Shown here: positions 62,742-64,000 of the stretch, piece by piece
How positions within the stretch are numbered: position 1 is the stretch's first letter
Layout: each line of letters begins with the position of its first letter
NCBI RefSeq assembly: GCF_041146345.1
Contig: NW_027191405.1
Span: forward strand, 620,001 to 684,000
Origin: Neodothiora populina
Taxonomy: Eukaryota
Reading direction: 5' to 3'
Length of the DNA: 64,000 nucleotides
Made by a program: the position numbers and the translations under genes
Notes under the pieces: generated by a model
What the model was told of the DNA's origin: nothing
Database searches by the model: none
What the model saw: only the letters and a program-made list of their open reading frames with translations

Positions 62742-63457
62742 TCATCCCCCGTTCACAGTAAGCTGCACAAGAATGGATTGAATGTGAAAATGGCGACAAG
62801 AACTAACATGGCTTGCCAGATCGACTTCTTCGTTACATTCACAGAGTCTCAACTCGCGCAACAGCATTGGGCATCGCATGATGACGAGGCAAAAAGGCGT
62901 CCTGGGGAATGATATTTAATTGGGGACATAGGAATATAGCAGGATGGACAAGGCCGTATAACGCTTACACGATATGCGAAAGCGATGAGGCACGGTTTCT
63001 AAGTCACGTCAAAAGTAAAGACAATCACTCTCAATGATCATCAACATTATCAAAATCCGGTAGAGCCAATGCACCTGCCATTTCGAAGAGGAATAGGTAG
63101 ACACGAGACGACATGAGAAAATGAAGAAGCATATACAGTACAGTGTGCCTGATGTTCGTGGAATGTGGACCGGCGACAGAGGCCATAAGTTAATTGAATT
63201 TCGTTGCTAAGGAACAGGTATATCAAACAACAAAAGAATTCAGCGTCACTACAGTAGTCATTGACGATTATAGAACTAGCAGCGGTCCTCGGTTCTCGGT
63301 TCGTATTCGAGGTCCTCGCTATGGACGTGGTGATCGTTTAATTAAAATTGTCGGCGCATTCCGATACCGGCCAAGGGCTTATTACCTATGATTATCATGT
63401 TGCCTGCCCGGGTCCAAAAAAACCCATTTCGAGTCATTAAACATTCACCGGGTAATC

Positions 63458-63685
63458 ATCAAAAACTCATTGACTGTTCAGTATAATCTCATTGACTGTT
63501 TATTATAAATTCCTTGACTGTTCATTTAAAAATCATTGACTGTTTACTATGAACTCATTGACTGTTCATTATAAATTTATTACTCATTGCCCCTTCACAA
63601 GACTCTTCCCTGCCTGTCTGTCGGAATTTCAGTGACTTTTTATTGGAAACTCATCGACCATTCATTAGGAAGTCATTGACTCCGA
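63458..63685. repeat. 22-bp tandem repeat (5 good units plus 3 degenerate units), consensus ~ATTATAAACTCATTGACTGTTY
   Basis: TTGACTGTT cores at 63470, 63492, 63514, 63536, 63558 (exact 22-bp period); degenerate cores at 63632, 63654, 63676. Confidence 0.9.
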
Positions 63686-63908
63686 GCTCCTGTGTACATT
63701 GTATTGGGTTATGTACAGGCAAGTTGCGGCAGGATTCAACATGCATCCATCACCGCATACAAGTACTTGATCAACGTCAACTAGGAAGGTAGGCCGGTGC
63801 TATGTGCACCTTAGGTAAATTTGTCAATCTTCCGAAAATTCCCGACCAAGAGCATATTTACTATCTTTCGACAATAATTGGTGACTTGCACGTGTCACTC
63901 GTGCGCTG

Positions 63909-63945
63909 ATGATATTCGACTGATATGCGATTGATGTTCGACTGA
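63909..63945. repeat. 11-bp tandem repeat, ~3.4 copies (TGATATTCGAC-like)
   Basis: tgatattcgac tgatatgcgat tgatgttcgac tgat. Confidence 0.7.
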
Positions 63946-64000
63946 TCATCAGCAAGGGTGTGTATGAAGCCAATAGTCTGGCAACACAGAATCGTACCCT

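Noticed and set aside
63458..63685. Repeat/spacer pattern as a CRISPR array
   Set aside because: Eukaryotic context, spacers only ~9 nt and mutually similar, no cas genes.

Overview
Gene-dense eukaryotic DNA from a filamentous ascomycete fungus (Pezizomycotina, probably Dothideomycetes; inferred from protein similarity and short GT-AG introns with CTRAY branch sites). I can support 22 protein-coding genes and one intron-containing tRNA-Arg(ACG). Recognisable housekeeping genes are ADK1, a delta-12 desaturase, RAD23, TIF6/eIF6, SAE2/CtIP, ERD2, an EDC4/Pdc1-like decapping scaffold, CTF4/SepB and CHZ1. The rest are a single-barrel MetE-like protein, a hot-dog thioesterase, a probably GPI-anchored arylsulfotransferase, two PTH11-like membrane proteins, a Zn2Cys6 factor, a GH85 ENGase, an amino-acid permease, F-box and WD40 proteins, a dynamin-like GTPase and two hypothetical proteins. 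The most unusual signal is the dynamin-like GTPase gene. Its frame breaks at an in-frame A_AAA_AAG slippery heptamer followed 6 nt later by a stem-loop, and the C-terminal part lies exactly in the -1 frame. This is a candidate programmed frameshift, but a homopolymer indel or cryptic intron is not excluded. A phased non-coding 22-bp repeat array lies at the right end. Exon boundaries and family assignments were read by eye; no searches were run.
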